Positions 5,279 to 6,413 of a stretch of 6,413 nucleotides of DNA are shown here, in pieces. Position 1 is the stretch's first letter, and each line of letters opens with the position of its first letter. Under the pieces are notes generated by a model. The model saw only the letters and a program-made list of their open reading frames with translations, was not told the origin of the DNA and did no database searches. The translations under genes and the position numbers were made by a program. Source of the stretch: Nanopusillaceae archaeon (GTDB taxonomy: Archaea > Nanobdellota > Nanobdellia > Nanobdellales > Nanobdellaceae); assembly GCA_049973735.1 (NCBI GenBank), contig JBMFJL010000032.1, positions 1 to 6,413 on the forward strand, given 5' to 3'.

Positions 5279-5704
5279 GATTTTTTCCCAAGGTTCAATA
5301 TCTCCATTAATTATATAAAATAGAGGATGCGGTTCTATGTTTTCTATATCTTTTATTTCTTCATACTTTTTCGGATCCCTTATCTTCAACTTGTTTAATA
5401 AATGATTAAATTCGTATTTAATTTGTCCTTCTGTTACAGGCAATTTTAAACTTAAATTATATTTTATTATTTTATTTTTGTTAAATCTATATCCCCTTCT
5501 AATTCCTTCTAAATATACATGGTATAAGTATGTTCCAATATATAATAAAGGATCTTCCGTTTTCTTAAATCTGATTAATTGTGGATGATTTCTATATCCT
5601 TTCGTTTTTCCTTCCAATACTTTTTGTGCTAATAGAGATTCCCTCCACAATCCCAATAATCCAGATTTATCCAAATATTTTGGGTGTATAGACCATAATC
5701 TCAT
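5270..5704 (-). CDS. Pyrimidine dimer DNA glycosylase / endonuclease V family protein (T4 DenV-like)
   Basis: The N-terminus MRLWSIHPKYLDKSGLLGLWRESLLAQKVLEGKTKGYRNHPQL matches the conserved start of the prokaryotic Pyr_excise family. The acidic residue E22 (WRES) aligns with the catalytic Glu context of T4 endo V (AEYRELP). The 144 aa length is family-typical. Confidence 0.8.
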   Translation of the reverse strand: MRLWSIHPKYLDKSGLLGLWRESLLAQKVLEGKTKGYRNHPQLIRFKKTEDPLLYIGTYLYHVYLEGIRRGYRFNKNKIIKYNLSLKLPVTEGQIKYEFNHLLNKLKIRDPKKYEEIKDIENIEPHPLFYIINGDIEPWEKIKD

Positions 5705-5727
5705 AGATATTTCTATATTGTTTCTTC

Positions 5728-5738
5728 TATTTTTATTA
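5728..5738 (-). promoter_or_regulatory. Weak A/T box for the endonuclease V-like gene
   Basis: Minus-strand TAATAAAAATA is centred about 29 nt before the ATG at 5704. It is less canonical than the TTTATAAA boxes. Confidence 0.3.
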
Positions 5739-6118
5739 CTTTTTGCTAAATCTTAGTAACACTTTTTAACCTTACTGTAAACCTTAAATGTTATTTTAAA
5801 AGTAGAAAATTGGGAAGTTGGAGCTAGAATACATAATGTATAAGGGACTAAGAAAGACTAAATTATTGGTTCTGAATTAAAAGATAATATTTATATTTTT
5901 TCTACATTTTTTTCATCAAAATCAGCTTAAAATAGGTATATCTATCTATATATTTTTTTCTTTAACAATATCATATAAACCACGATATTTTATTTGTTTT
6001 ATTATTTTCTTTTTGTTTTCTATTATCATACATCCTAGACAGTAAGAAAAACCCTGATAATTCTGAAAAAATTATATTATTTATTTTTCATAATAGTTGT
6101 TATAAGAATAGAATTAGT

Positions 6119-6177
6119 AAAAAAATATCAAAAATTAAAAATAATTTTTTAGAATAAAAAATTTAGAATAAAAAAGT
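6119..6177 (-). terminator. Oligo-T terminator region after the RCC1-repeat gene
   Basis: On the minus strand, directly after the TAA stop (6180-6178): T6 (6175-6170), T6 (6161-6156), T5 (6135-6131) and T7 (6125-6119). Confidence 0.4.
6148..6175. repeat. Perfect tandem duplication of a 14-nt unit (TTTAGAATAAAAAA x2)
   Basis: 6148-6161 and 6162-6175 are identical when read directly from the sequence. The duplication lies inside the terminator region of the RCC1-repeat gene. Confidence 0.7.
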
Positions 6178-6413
6178 TTATTTAAATAGATTTAAATTAA
6201 CAACTGTTACTGGAGTAGATTTGGATATATCTGCACCATCTCCTAGTTGACCAAATCCATTATATCCCCAACATTTTACAGTTTTGTCTGAAAATACCGC
6301 ACATGTATGTTCTTCACCTGTGGCTATAGCTATAACATTAGATATTCCTTGGACTGTTACTGGAGTATATCTATCTGTAAAATATGTACCATCTCCTAGT
6401 TGACCATATTTAT
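6178..6413 (-). CDS. RCC1-repeat (beta-propeller) protein, C-terminal part; the 5' end lies beyond the window
   Basis: The minus-strand frame is open from the window edge to TAA at 6180-6178. It translates to KYGQLGDGTYFTDRYTPVTVQGISNVIAIATGEEHTCAVFSDKTVKCWGYNGFGQLGDGADISKSTPVTVVNLNLFK. This is the RCC1 blade pattern (GQLGDG ... P..V ... V..IA.G..HT.A...D..V..WG.N..GQLG) with a 50-51 aa period. The period is also visible as DNA repeats: CTGTTACTGGAGTA at 6204 and 6354, ACCATCTCCTAGTTGACCA at 6235 and 6388. It is absent from the ORF track, probably because no start codon lies inside the window. Confidence 0.8.
   Translation of the reverse strand, partial: KYGQLGDGTYFTDRYTPVTVQGISNVIAIATGEEHTCAVFSDKTVKCWGYNGFGQLGDGADISKSTPVTVVNLNLFK

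Noticed and set aside
5811-5880. tRNA-like impression (about 70-nt G+C-richer block ending in GGTTCTGAATT, reminiscent of a T-arm GGTTCGAATCC)
   Set aside because: I could not build an acceptor stem, a D arm or a T stem from the flanking bases. G+C content is far below that of tRNAs in AT-rich archaea. It is retained only as part of the candidate sRNA finding.
5890-6120. Replication origin idea, based on the switch from T-rich to A-rich plus strand around 6040-6060 in a long non-coding spacer
   Set aside because: There are no repeated origin-recognition-box-like elements or inverted repeats flanking the A/T stretch, and no adjacent orc1/cdc6 gene in the window. The A-rich part is explained by the oligo-T terminator of the minus-strand RCC1 gene.
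1-6413. CRISPR array, transposon or integrated element, and a giant-virus or poxvirus-like origin (very AT-rich, many orphans, TAAATG at the starts at 3292 and 3981)
   Set aside because: There are no spaced direct repeats, terminal inverted repeats, integrase or transposase genes, or tRNA attachment site. TAAATG at two starts is unremarkable at this A/T content. The fixed -31 TTTATAAA boxes plus oligo-T terminators fit archaeal transcription better. A viral origin remains formally untested without database searches.

Overview
AT-rich window, roughly 25% G+C by hand counts of sampled 60-nt lines. The gene organisation looks archaeal: TTTATAAA-type boxes sit about 31 nt upstream of ATGs (leaderless style), no start has a Shine-Dalgarno motif, and oligo-T runs follow genes. 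Left to right: a possible 15-codon 5' stub of a leftward gene (1-45, minus). Then a co-directional six-gene block on plus: lemA (212-838), 14 nt later a polytopic M48/HtpX-like zinc metallopeptidase (853-2346; HEFAH, downstream Glu in DRELLAD, C-terminal THP..RI motif), then four consecutive 202-244 aa orphan proteins (2390-3124, 3292-3918, 3981-4589, 4620-5246) that I cannot place in any family. Then a convergent T4-endonuclease-V-type pyrimidine-dimer DNA glycosylase (5270-5704, minus), an unusually long 473-nt ORF-free spacer, and the 3' end of an RCC1-repeat beta-propeller gene that is absent from the supplied ORF track (6178-6413, minus). I saw no rRNA, tRNA, CRISPR array, transposase or integrase. 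The best hunting target is the orphan four-gene block. It has lower G+C than the conserved neighbours, promoter-like boxes of its own, recurring beta-hairpin-plus-helix modules in three of the four proteins, a Cys cluster in one, and an all-helical fourth protein. I cannot name a function, so I flag it as a candidate uncharacterised accessory module, not a demonstrated system.
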